Shown here piece by piece: positions 35,964 to 46,736 of a DNA stretch of 64,000 bases. The DNA comes from Moniliella sp. 'wahieum'. Lineage: Eukaryota. Numbering within the stretch: position 1 is the first letter of the stretch; every line of letters starts with the position of its first letter. The stretch is from assembly GCA_003971905.1 (NCBI GenBank), contig RSEE01000116.1:1-64000 (forward strand). The letters are read 5' to 3'. A program made the position numbers and the translations under genes. The notes under the pieces were generated by a model. The model was not told where the DNA came from. It did no database searches and worked only from the letters and a program-made list of their open reading frames with translations.

Positions 35964-37447
35964 TTGCGGGACGTGGAAGGTTGAACGACGTTGACCACGT
36001 TGACCGACCTAGAACGTCTTGAACGTTGACGCAAACTAAGACGGACATTGTCGGTCACTCGATATCCCGCCACCAGTGTCCACGTCCCGCCACACGTGCG
36101 CGAAGTACCCAAGGGCACAGAGCACAGCTCGAAGGCACATTCAAGGTACCACAACAAACAAAGTACCCCCTCGCTATCAGTTGGCACGGTATGCGTATTC
36201 CCAGAGAAGCATGGTCGAACCTCGATCCTTTTCCTGACATACGCCCATCGCACGTGCTGTGAGTGACTCGTTCTTGTACCGATGAGGGAACCTTGGAGAA
36301 GGTACAGCGGGAGGCAGTAAGGGCGGGAGGAAGTGGGGGCAGGCCAGGGCGTGTGTGGAGTTGGACTTTGGGTGTTGGATGTTGGACGCTGGATGTGTTG
36401 GACGTTGGTGGAGGGCAATAAGGCCTAAGGGCGCCATTCCGCTCTCGAGGACGAGGGGCGGTGGTGGTGCTCTGCAGGGGAGTAGGCGGGAGGAGCGATA
36501 ATCGATGGTGGATGGTCGATGACGTCGTGCCGCGGCGCCACTCAATGTACTCAAACCTCAAAGCCTTTCTGAGGCCATTAACGGAGTAACGGATTAACCA
36601 TTGCAGGGCGCTCCAGGGGGCTTCCACTGCAGAGGCTCACATTCACAGGGACCCTCAGGGACCCACACGCCAGATGAGAGCCGTGCATTGCCGTGCTTCC
36701 TGAGGCTGAGGCGCCGCCTCGGCTTCACTATCAGTCTCAAGATCTCAATCTCAATCTCAGTCCCAATTAACAACTCCCCATCCAGCCGCTCGGTGGGTCG
36801 GCGCGGCAGACGGGCAGTGGTCGTGTGGCGGAACGGAGATGGGAGATGGGCGTGGCTGGCTCATCGATGATCGAGATGATCTCGCCAGTTGCACGGCCGC
36901 AGTCGAAGAGTGAATATTGAATAGTGATATGGATGAGCGATGATTAATTGCGATGATTTCGACGGATGAGGCCGAGCATCGATAAGATAGCGTTGGGCGC
37001 AACGCAACGCAGTAAGCCAACGCAACGCAACGCGGGAACACTGCCTCTGCGCCGGCGCCATTGGTGGCGGGGGTCGTAGACGGTCGTAGTGGGCTTGGGG
37101 TTGCCACCTCCCTGCCCAACCTCTGTTCTGCACCGCGTCCGTGGGCGGCAAAAGTGGATAGAGCGAGGGAAAATGGGATACCTGGGTCCTAGGTACTAGG
37201 TTTTTCGGTACTGGGGGTTAGTACTGCAGTGGGTACTGACTAGGTCCTAATCGGTCTTGGGCCCTAGGCCGTGGGTCCCTGACAAGCCTCGTTGCCTACC
37301 ACCGCGCCTTGCGCCCTGGACGCCCGCTCACCCGTACCGCGTAACCGATTACCGCAACCTTGCCCATCACCGTCGTCGTATTCTCGTCAGGACAACCGCC
37401 ACGCTCCACCACCACTTACTTTCTCCTGGTCCTCGTTCCCGTTCCCC

Positions 37448-39300
37448 ATGTCAGCCGTTTTACCTGTCGACAAGGACGCGGCGATCGAAGCGGACCGCGA
37501 GCTGGGCGTTGCGAGCGATGCGGGCCGGCTGGCCCCGGTGGACACCAAGCCCGAGGGGGCGACGACCGAGTACGTGCTAGAAGAGCAACCGGACCAAGAT
37601 ACGGAGTTGGATCCCGTCCTGAACCGCAGGCTACTGTGGTTGCAGGACCTGTACGTGGCGCTACCGATTGGCGTCATGTTTTTGTTTAGCTTTATTGACC
37701 GGAGTTCGTTGAGCAATGCGTATACGGATGGGATGGGAACCGATCTGCACTTCCCCTCCTCGGGGCTCAACTTGGCTACCACGCTCTTCTTTGTTCCTTA
37801 TGTTGCGTTTGAACCAATCTCGGCCATCGTCTTTCGGCGCATTGGCGCGCGGTACATGTTGACGAGCGTGTGCATGGGGCTGGGGCTGATCACGCTCTTT
37901 ACTGGCTTTTGTAGCTCTACCACAGCTTTCTTGCCTGTGGATCATCTTGGGTGCCGTCGAATCTTCCTTCTTCCCTTGCTCCGCGCTCTACCTTACCTAC
38001 TTTTACCGACGCGAGGTATGTGCTGTTGGCTACGCTAGCCCCCCCCCCCCCCCCCCCCTTTCTGTTGATTTCCTCGTTCTTCTTCTTGCCGCATCTGCGA
38101 TCTGACCCACCGAGTCTGCTGTCTGTTCTGCTCCTCTAGGAACTGGGCTTGCGCACGGCGTCTTGTTGTGGCCAGCGTTGCGGGTGCGTTTTCGGGGCTG
38201 CTGGCAGCAGCCATTTAACATGAAAGGGGTCGGGGGCAAAGCGGGCTGGGCATGGTTCTACATCCTATTGGGACTGGTTACGTTCCTAATTGGGTTTATC
38301 ATCTTTTTTTCCTTGCCGATTCTCCCGAGACGGCATGGTTCATTCGTGATCCGCAGCTGCGCCAAACGGCGACCAAACGGAGTCGGATCATCAACCAATT
38401 TGGCGCGAGCGGCGCTGGCCATTCTGTCACTGGCCCGAAGTCAAGAGGGTCTGCTGGACCCCAAATGTGGATTGGCTCCCTGTCCCAGTTTGGGGCGGAC
38501 ACGATGTTGTTTTCAGTAGCGACGTTATGGTGTTGATCATCAAGCAGATTCAGCCTGGGTACGTATTGGTTTTGGATTTGTGTTGGATTTGTGGTTGCGT
38601 TTTTGTTACTGTAGTCTCTGGACACTTTCCGTGGCTCGCATGGCTGACTGATCTTCACTTTGGCTCTGCGGCGTATAGACGCAGCACCATTGTCATCCAG
38701 CTTCTCACTGTACCTGTGTATGCGACAGGTGCGATTGTGTACCTCATCACAGCCGTCCTAACTGATCGGTATGGGTACCGGCACGCGACGATGATTTGCG
38801 TTGCTCTGGTGACTGTGGTGGGGTACGCGATTCTATTGGGGTGCCGACAACCTGGGGTGCTGTATTTGCCACGTTCCTGACTGTCAACTGTTACACCTTG
38901 TTGGGATAACGTCAGTCTGCAGAGCTCGAACCCAAGCCGGGTCGAGTAAGCGCGCGATTGGCTGGGCTGCAGCTGGCGCTGGGCAACACGGGGGGCATGT
39001 GGCGTGGGCAGATTTATCGTTCGGGGCGATACAATGTCGGGTACGCGGTGAGCATTGGGTTGACCTTATTTAGTGTGCTACTCTACTGATCAACTGGACC
39101 TACATGGGCTGCATGAACCGTGCTCGCGACCGTCTCCAAGCCCAGTTGGACCAGCAAGACGGGCAGAAGGACACGGATACGGCCTCTGCGCCCACCGACC
39201 GCGCCGCTTCGTCTGCTGACCTGCCTCGCTCGTGGGGCATCGGCCCGGCTTGCGCCCGATCCCTGGCGATCGCAACTTGACTTTCCGGTACAAACTTTGA
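37448..39300 (+). CDS. MFS transporter, anion:cation symporter family (Tna1/Dal5-like), multi-exon, frameshifted
   Basis: FLFSFIDRSSLSNA, TLFFVPYVAFEP, AGAFSGLLA, GGKAGWAWFYILLG, LADSPETAWF, QLLTVPVY, TDRYGYR, C-terminal GDRN..FRYKL. Confidence 0.88.
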
Positions 39301-39650
39301 ACTGTGCCCTGCTGTGTATCCTTCTTGCCTCTCTCTCCTGTCCCACGGTGCCTCCTCTGTCCATCCTGCCTGCCGTTCCCCTTCTTTGTTTTCTTTCCTC
39401 TCCTCTCCTTTCTCCTCGGATCGTGATGTGACGCCAATGCATACCCTGCGACGCCAGTCCAGCTGCGCGAGATAGATGCCCTCGGGGGGCAAGGCAGCGC
39501 GGGGGACGTATGCGCCAGCGGCAGCGGAATGGAAGCAAGAAGTAGATTGGATTTGGATTGCAAGCGACGAGCCCGGGGCCCACACACGCGGCAGCCCGCC
39601 CGCAGCGGATGGATGCATGCGGCGGCGGGGGGCAAGCGTCGAGTTACTAC

Positions 39651-39991
39651 TTACTCATCCGCGGCAGCTCTCTTCTCGAGGGCTTCCTTGTACTGGGCCT
39701 TGTAGAGGGCGCGCTGGCGCATCTTGAAGTCCATGAACATGCATCGCTCGTACACGTGTCTGGGGGGGGGGAAGAGGGCAGAGCAGAGTCAGCGGGGCAG
39801 GCGCACCAGAGCACAGGACGCAGACACGCACTTCTCGTGCTTGCACTTCCAGGGCAGGTAGTACTCCTTGGTGCGGCAGATGCGGAGCGGCAGGAGGTAG
39901 CCGGCACACCGTCGCGGAGGATGTGCGGGATGCCAAAGTGCTCCGTCTCCTCGAGGCTGAGGTCCTTCTGGAAGTCCTCCCACTTGGGCAT
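39651..39991 (-). CDS. NDUFB7: NADH:ubiquinone oxidoreductase B18 subunit (twin CX9C), one intron
   Basis: IPHILRD.CAGYLLPLRICRTKEYYLPWKCKHEK|HVYERCMFMDFKMR. Confidence 0.88.
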
Positions 39992-40364
39992 GGCGTGGGG
40001 AGCAGTATGGGGGGGCGACGGCCGACGCCCCCCCATACGCCGAGCGCCTGCCCCGATTAATAATCGCCCACGGGCGCCCGCCACTCCCCGCCCGCCCGCG
40101 GAATGCACATGCACCGACCGCCCCGTGGCTGACGTCAGCGCCTGGTCTGTGCGGGCACACTGCCCGCGCCCGCCCGCTCCGACGTTCAGGAAGCTTCGAG
40201 GCAGCCGCCGAAGGTCGAAGCGTCGTCGGAAGCACACAGACACAGCCAACCCAGTGGAGGTGGCGGCGCATTCTTTTTTTTTTTGCGGGATCTAGATATA
40301 CATAGACACCCCCGCTCGCCTTGCTCTGTCCCGCCACCCCCCTCTCCTCCTCCTCCTGCCCCCC

Positions 40365-41251
40365 ATGAGTTCTCTGCGTGTCTCTGCGTCGCTCCTCCGC
40401 TCGGCCCGTGTGGCCCTCCGCCCTGCCGCGGCCCTCCGCGTGTCGCCGATGGCCGTGCGTGTGGCGGCGCCCCTGCCCGCCCGCAGCTTCGCCTCCTCGG
40501 CCGCCGCCCGCGACGGCGGGCTGTCCGAGGTGCTCGGCAGCGAGCTCCAGTTCGAGAAGGACGATGCTGCGGAGAACGGCCGTCCGCTCGGCGAGGAGCC
40601 GCAGTTTGTCAAGGACCTCAAGGCCGCTGGCGTGTGGAAGCTGGCCGAGGCGGTGGGGGAGGACGAGGTGACGCTGACCCGCACCTTTGGCAACGAGAAC
40701 ATTCGTCTCATGTTCTCGGCTGGCGAGTACGACAACTCGGCTGCCATGGTCAACCAAGAAGCCGAGGAAGAGGAGGACCCCGAGAACCTTTCGGTCCCGG
40801 TTCGGTGCACGATCACCATCACCAAGGTACGTTTGCTTGCACCCGTGCCTTGTCTTGTCTTGTCTTGAAATCCCCCCCCCCCCCCCTGCTCACGGACACG
40901 TACTGACCTACCTTCTTTTTGCTTTTTGTCTCGGCTAGGCTGGCAGCGGTGCTTTGACCGCCGACGTTCAAGCGATCGATGGCCAGTTTGACGTGGAGGG
41001 CGTGTCGTACTACCCTGACGAGAAACTGGCGTCGGACCTGACGGTGGAGGCGGACTGGGCGCGCCGGGGTACGTACGTGGGCCCGCAGTTTGAAACGCTG
41101 GACGACAAGGTGCAAGATGAGTTTTCGGCCTACCTCGAGGAGCGTGGGTTTACCTCGGAGCTTGCCATGATTGTTCCTGCTCTGGCCGAGTGGAAGGCAG
41201 CGCGAGTACACCAACTGGCTCGAGAATGTCAAGAAGTTTGTCGAGGCCTAA
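40365..41251 (+). CDS. MAM33: Mitochondrial acidic matrix protein Mam33/p32, one intron (~40827-40938)
   Basis: Arg/Ala-rich presequence, LSEVLGSELQFEK, EVTLTRTFGNENIRLMFS, YVGPQFETLDDKVQDEFSAYLEERG, EY..WLENVKKFV. Confidence 0.92.
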
Positions 41252-42020
41252 ATGGGTTTAAGAGCGAATGGTAATGGCTGTTTTGTTTGTACCTTCAACT
41301 TGACTTGCTTGTTCGTTCTTTGCCTTGGGGCGCTCCCCTTTGTACGCGCCCGATCCAATGCACCCCCGGCACCACTCTAGCATCTTCGCACAACTTGGCT
41401 ATCTGGAGCTGGTGCACCTGCTGCCTAGCCTAGCTTGGGTTTTAGAAAGTAGATTGTTGTAGCTGGCTCCGTTGCACTGCCATACCACGTTCCCTGAGGT
41501 CTGACTAGCCTGACTAGTGAGTGACTCGAAGCCAGACCAGCCTGGATCAGACTGCTGCATTCGGCAGGACGTGACGGTACCCAGGCTGCAGCTAGAGATA
41601 TATACCGCGCATGGCGGCCGCGGAAGGAAAAGTAGCCGCCCTAGTCGTCGATAGAATATTGGGGACGCTTTGTCGTGGTGACAGAGGGGCAGTCGACTGT
41701 GTCGGAAACGAAACGTCGGGCGGAGAAAAAAACGGAAGCGGCGGCGGGGGCACAGGGCCAGTGTGGCTGCTCGGCCCAGAAGCTGGACAGGCGTACGGGC
41801 GGGGGACAGTGGACAGGCGGTGGGCATGGGCCGAGTGACTCGATATACTTCCCTGAGGCCTGACGCTCATCGCTGATATGATCTGAGGCCATCGCCAGTG
41901 CCCTACGGTCCTTCAGGCCTCAGCAGGCGCCGCTGGAGCTTAAGTACCGCCCACGCAGCCCGACGTTTTGCTTCCTTGCTTCCACCACCACTTCTGGTTT
42001 GCACCTGAGCCCTGAGCGCC

Positions 42021-43205
42021 ATGGCCCCGCAACGCATCTACCTCCGCAGCGAGGCCAAGCCGCACGAGCACCGTTCTGCGCTCACGCCCACCACGGCCAA
42101 GAAACTGATCGAGGCCGGGTGGCAAGTCACGGTGGAGCGGGACCCGCAGCGTATCTTTGACGACGACGAGTTTGCCCAGGTCGGGGCGACGTTGGCGCCT
42201 CACAATTCGTGGCCTACCATCGACACGACCATTCCGATTTTGGGGTTGAAGGAGTTACCTGCTCCGGGACCTCCTTTGCCCCACGCACATCCAATTTGCG
42301 CACTGCTACAAGAACCAGGCTGGGTGGGTGGACGTGCTGGACCGGTTCTACCAAGGAGGCGGGACGTTGTACGATCTTGAGTTTCTGGAGGATGCCAATG
42401 GGCGGCGTGTAGCTGCGTTTGGTTGGCACGCTGGGTTTGCCGGTGCAGCGTTGGGCGTGTTGGCTTTGGCCGAGCAAGTGCAGGGCAAGCGTCTAGGTCC
42501 ACAGACGTACTTTCCTACCGAAGCAGCGCTGGTATCCCACGTGCGTGCACAGGTGGACGTGATCCGCCGGTCCCGGCCCGATGGAAAAGTGCGCGCGCTG
42601 GTGGTGGGTGCGCTGGGCCGGTGTGGGCGCGGGGCGATTGACTGTTTTGAAAAAGTCGGTTTGGCAGCGGAGGACATTGTGCGGTGGGACATGCAAGAGA
42701 CAGCGGCCAAGTCGGGTCCTTACCCCGAACTCCTCAATGTCGACATTTTCCTCAACGCGATTTACCTCCGTGAACGCATCCCGCCATTTTTGACGCCGGA
42801 ATTTGTTGCGCAGGCCGGGTCGAGCCGCCGTCTGGGCAGCGTGGTCGACGTGAGTTGCGATACGACCAACCCGTTCAACCCTTTGCCCATCTACAACATC
42901 AACACCACCTTTGACCAGCCGACGGTGGATGTGCCCCTTGCCCAGAGGCCGGGTCCGAGCCCCTGACCGTCATCTCGATTGACCATCTGCCCACCTTGCT
43001 GCCCCGAGAAGCAAGCGAAGGGTTTAGCGCCGACTGTTGCCGTCGCTGTTGCAGTTGCCCTATGTCACGGGCGTGCTGGGCAGCGTGGAAGCCGACCCGC
43101 CCGAGGGCAAGGGTGCCGTGTGGAAGCGCGCTGAAAAGTTGTTCCGTCACCACCTTGCCCGCGCCGAGGAGGAGAAGGTCAAGAACACCCCGGGCACGCA
43201 TCTGA
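42021..43205 (+). CDS. LYS1: Saccharopine dehydrogenase (NAD+, L-lysine forming), frameshifted
   Basis: LRSEAKPHEHRSALTPTTAKKLI, LGLKELP, QFAHCYKNQAGW, LYDLEFL, GRRVAAFGWHAGFAGAA, GALGRCGRGA, VVDVSCDTTNPFNPLPIY, ISIDHLPTLLPREASE. Stop position uncertain. Confidence 0.95.
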
Positions 43206-44229
43206 TTTCCCCCTGGCGGCATTGCCACATTGGTATTGGGATTGGCATTAGCTTTCCCCATCATGATATGGCGTCACGAATCCAATGTCGGCATGACTCG
43301 TTTTACCGCACCCCTGCGATTTCCCTCGCTCTTCATGCAGCTTCATGTGAGGCCGCCACGGAGGGTGCTTGGGCGTATGTATATAGCGAGAGGCAGGTAT
43401 GGATTCGATGAGCCAAGAAGACGTCTTGGATGCCCCATGACTCGGGTCAACGCCCAACTTGGTCGTTGATCCAAATGGAACAAGATGGACATGGCCGGGT
43501 ACCCTGAACGTTGAACAGTACCTCCCTCGTGTCAGATCTCATACAGATCTCAGATTACCGAGACCATTGGCATATGCAACCGAAGAAAAAAAATGAGGTG
43601 GAAAAGATGTCTCTTGGTCTCCCTACAGTAAGACCGACAAGCACGCAGTACTCCGTACTCATGTACTCATGCAGCACAGCTGAATAGACCAAGTCCCTTT
43701 TCCGAGACAACGAAAAGAGATGGTTTGGGGGAGAGGGGGTACTAGGTTACTCTCGCTACTATAGCGGTAGAGCCGTACTATTTACGAGGTCGGTGGCCAG
43801 ACTCGAGCGGAGGTATTAGAGACGGTTACATGGTTACAGAGGAAAAGACAAAACTGCTAACACTAAAGTGTCCTGGGTTTGGTTGTAAGCTTTAAGGTTG
43901 TGGTGCTGCCATGGGGCCTAGTGCGGTGGTGCAGGGGTTGTTGGCCAGAGGTGAGGCCCTGAGGCACTCAGGACTGAGTACTCGCCGTACATGTCACAGC
44001 CGCTCAGGCTCAGCAGGCCAGCGCTGGGATTGAGGAAAACTGAGAGTACACTCTTGTACTAGTGGGTACAACGAACACGAACACGAACACGCGCCCCTAT
44101 ATACCTCCCTTCTGGTTCCACTATACGATCCAGGATCCAGGTCTTATCTCTTGTCCGCGCCGTGCTGAGGAGGGCCCGCCAGTCCTAGGCTGCGGTAAAG
44201 CAGAGGGCAAAAGTTGAAAGAAGGAAGAG

Positions 44230-44290
44230 TGAAGCTTGAAAAGAGCATGAAGGATGAAGCTTGAAACTTGAAGCTTGAAGCTTGAAGTGA
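44230..44290. repeat. Imperfect (AAGCTTG)n heptamer array
   Basis: gaagcttgaaa...gaagcttgaaacttgaagcttgaagcttgaag. Confidence 0.8.
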
Positions 44291-45596
44291 ATCCTTACTC
44301 CCAAGGCTTCAGCCTGAAGCTTAAATAGAGGTAGTGTGCCGAGGACCATCTGCTTCTGAGAGGGTCATTATATACATGCTCTGACGCAGGGGCAGTAGAT
44401 ATGGTGGTCGATGTGGTGATGCAGAAGAGAGGCAGGGTGTGTGTGTGACCCTGGTGGGTACGCGGTCAAGCTCAAGCTTTCAGGCGTTCCGGCGCCAGGT
44501 GGGTGACCGCGAGGACGGGGATCCACTCAGAGGTCGGGACAAAGGCAGCCCAGGCAGCCGAGCCCAGGGAGGCTGAGTGCTGTGCAGCTGAGCCACACAC
44601 ACAGCACAGTGTGACAACTATATTGGCACTAGGACGGCCCAAAAAAGGGTGTGGTGCTGCTGGAAGCCTCTTTTGGGGAGAGAGGGAGGAGATGGCGAGG
44701 AGACTGGGAGCAGATGGAACTGGTCGGGGTCTACCTGTGATTTCACGTGGTTTGTCCAGCGTCGAGAACAAAGGACAGTTTGTGAGCTACTTGTTACAAG
44801 GGCAATGACTATTCTAGAAGCAAGTTGAGTTTCCTGGCTGTATTCTGGTTACTCGAGGTTACTCCTAGGGGGGGCAGTACGGCCAGAGGGTGGGTTGGCC
44901 AGTGAGTGGTTGAGCAGTGCCTCTGCGGGGGTGAGCGAGGTGAGCGAGGTGACTGGTGCGCATCGCTGATGCTGGATGAGTAATGCGAATGAGCGAATGA
45001 GCGATTGGCGATGGATGATAGTTGATTGCACAGCGAACAGCTGTCTTGGAGATAACCCGAGGGGCTGGGGGGGCTGGGGACATGTGCTGTAGTGCTGGGG
45101 GACAGAGGGTGTGGCTGGCGCGCCGGCTGGGCCATGTGCTCGGCAGGTGCCCACGTGGGGCGGCGTGTTCGCGGGGTACCACCAGCGGGACAGAGTGGTT
45201 GCCTAGCATGGGTGGTTGGTGCTAGTACGAGTGGTTGCTGCTGCCGAGTCGCTCTGGTACGCGTGCCGTGGGCGGCCACGTGGTGCAGTGCGTGCACGGT
45301 GGTCCGTGTCCTGCGCAGCCCACCACGCTACGAGCCAATCGATCGACGCCCATCCGATCGTCTGTGGCTGCTGCCTCTCCAACCACATGACCTGCCATGC
45401 CGTCCATTCAACAGCACCCGACACAGCCTCCACCGCATCCCCTCCTTGCAGTCTCACATCTCACACTCGCCACGGTCTCCTCGGCCTGCGCACGACACTC
45501 TCCGTCTGCCCCACCCCAATACGCTGCGTCTTTCCTATTTAAGCCCTCGTCGTGTACGTCCCATTCCCGTCCCCCCCCCCCCACCCCATCCCAACA

Positions 45597-46053
45597 ATGA
45601 AGGCTGCTCTGCTCCTGCTTGCCCTCCCCGCTCGCCTCGGCCGCTGCAGTGCAGAAGCGCGACCCGTCGGTCAACTGTGGCGGGACGAGCTACACGTCGG
45701 ACCAGGTGGCCGAGTGCGTCAATTACGGCAACGAAGGCGACGGCGGTTCCTCCGACTACCCGCACCAGTACCACGACTATGAGGGATTTGACTTTAGCAA
45801 CTACTGCTCCGACAGTGACTTTTACGAGTACCCGCTTACCAGCGATGGCTACACCGGTGGGTCCCCTGGTGCCGACCGGTGCATCTACGGATCCTCCAGC
45901 GGCTCCTTCTGCGGCGCCATCACCCACACTGGTACGCCCCCTCCTCATCCCCCCACTCATGACTGGTTCTGACTCTTGCTTTCCTTTTCCCCTCTCTTTT
46001 GCTGATCGGCAACAGGCGCTTCGGGCGATGACTTTGTGCAGTGCAGCTACTAA
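45597..46053 (+). CDS. Secreted guanyl-specific ribonuclease, RNase U1/T1 family; intron 45932-46015
   Basis: Signal peptide MKAALLLLAL, KR propeptide site, SVNCGG, YPHQYHDYEGFDF, YEYPL, YTGGSPGADR, FCGAITHTG|ASGDDFVQCSY*. Catalytic His/Glu/Arg/His all present. Confidence 0.95.
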
Positions 46054-46736
46054 AGGCGGGTCCTTTCCATTTGATTGGTTGTGGGCTGCACCGGCATCAC
46101 CCTAGTCTCGGCCCATATCGCCAACATGTGTCATGCGCGTAAAGGGCCGCCCACGTTCTCTTTTTCCTCTGTTGGTCGAGATGCGATGTTTGTAAATCTG
46201 TCATCATCGCTCTGTTATCTACCTCCCTCTCTCTCCCCGCCGCGCTCGGTTGGCTTGTCTGTTGGATCGGCGAAAGACATCGTACATCTATAGTAGTCCT
46301 GATCTCGACTGTTCCGTCTGTTTCGTTGTTGTGCGATTGTGGGATCGGACCGATTGCTGATTCCCAGCGCGTTGCCTGTTGGCCGAGCAGCGGGAATGCT
46401 ACGAATGATGAATGGCGAATGAGATCTCAGAATATAGGAGGGGGGAGCAACCGATACGGGTGCAAGGGGAAAAAGGTGGCCAGCGTGGAGGGAGTGATGG
46501 AGGGAGGCGTGAGCCACCGGGCAGTGCTGAAATATGAAAGTGGGGGTGATTTCTAACCGAGTCGGGTAGAGTGCGAAAGCGATGGAACCTGTGACGACGC
46601 GTTGCGACGCGACACGACGCGACACGCGTGGGCGGAGAGAGACTGGCGCCGTGCCCCCCGGTGGCGCGTGGACGAGCGCGGAGCGGGCCAACGCAGCTCC
46701 GCCAGCCAGAGTGCCGTTGCTTCGCGCGCCGCCACC

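Noticed and set aside
41845..41900. ATACTTCCCTG resembling the U1 snRNA 5' end
   Set aside because: Mismatch in the invariant ACTTACCT, no convincing U1-70K or U1A loops and no Sm site.
1822..43205. Metabolic gene cluster (KMO, nicotinate-like MFS permease, LYS1)
   Set aside because: The genes are tens of kb apart and interspersed with unrelated housekeeping genes. No backbone enzyme.
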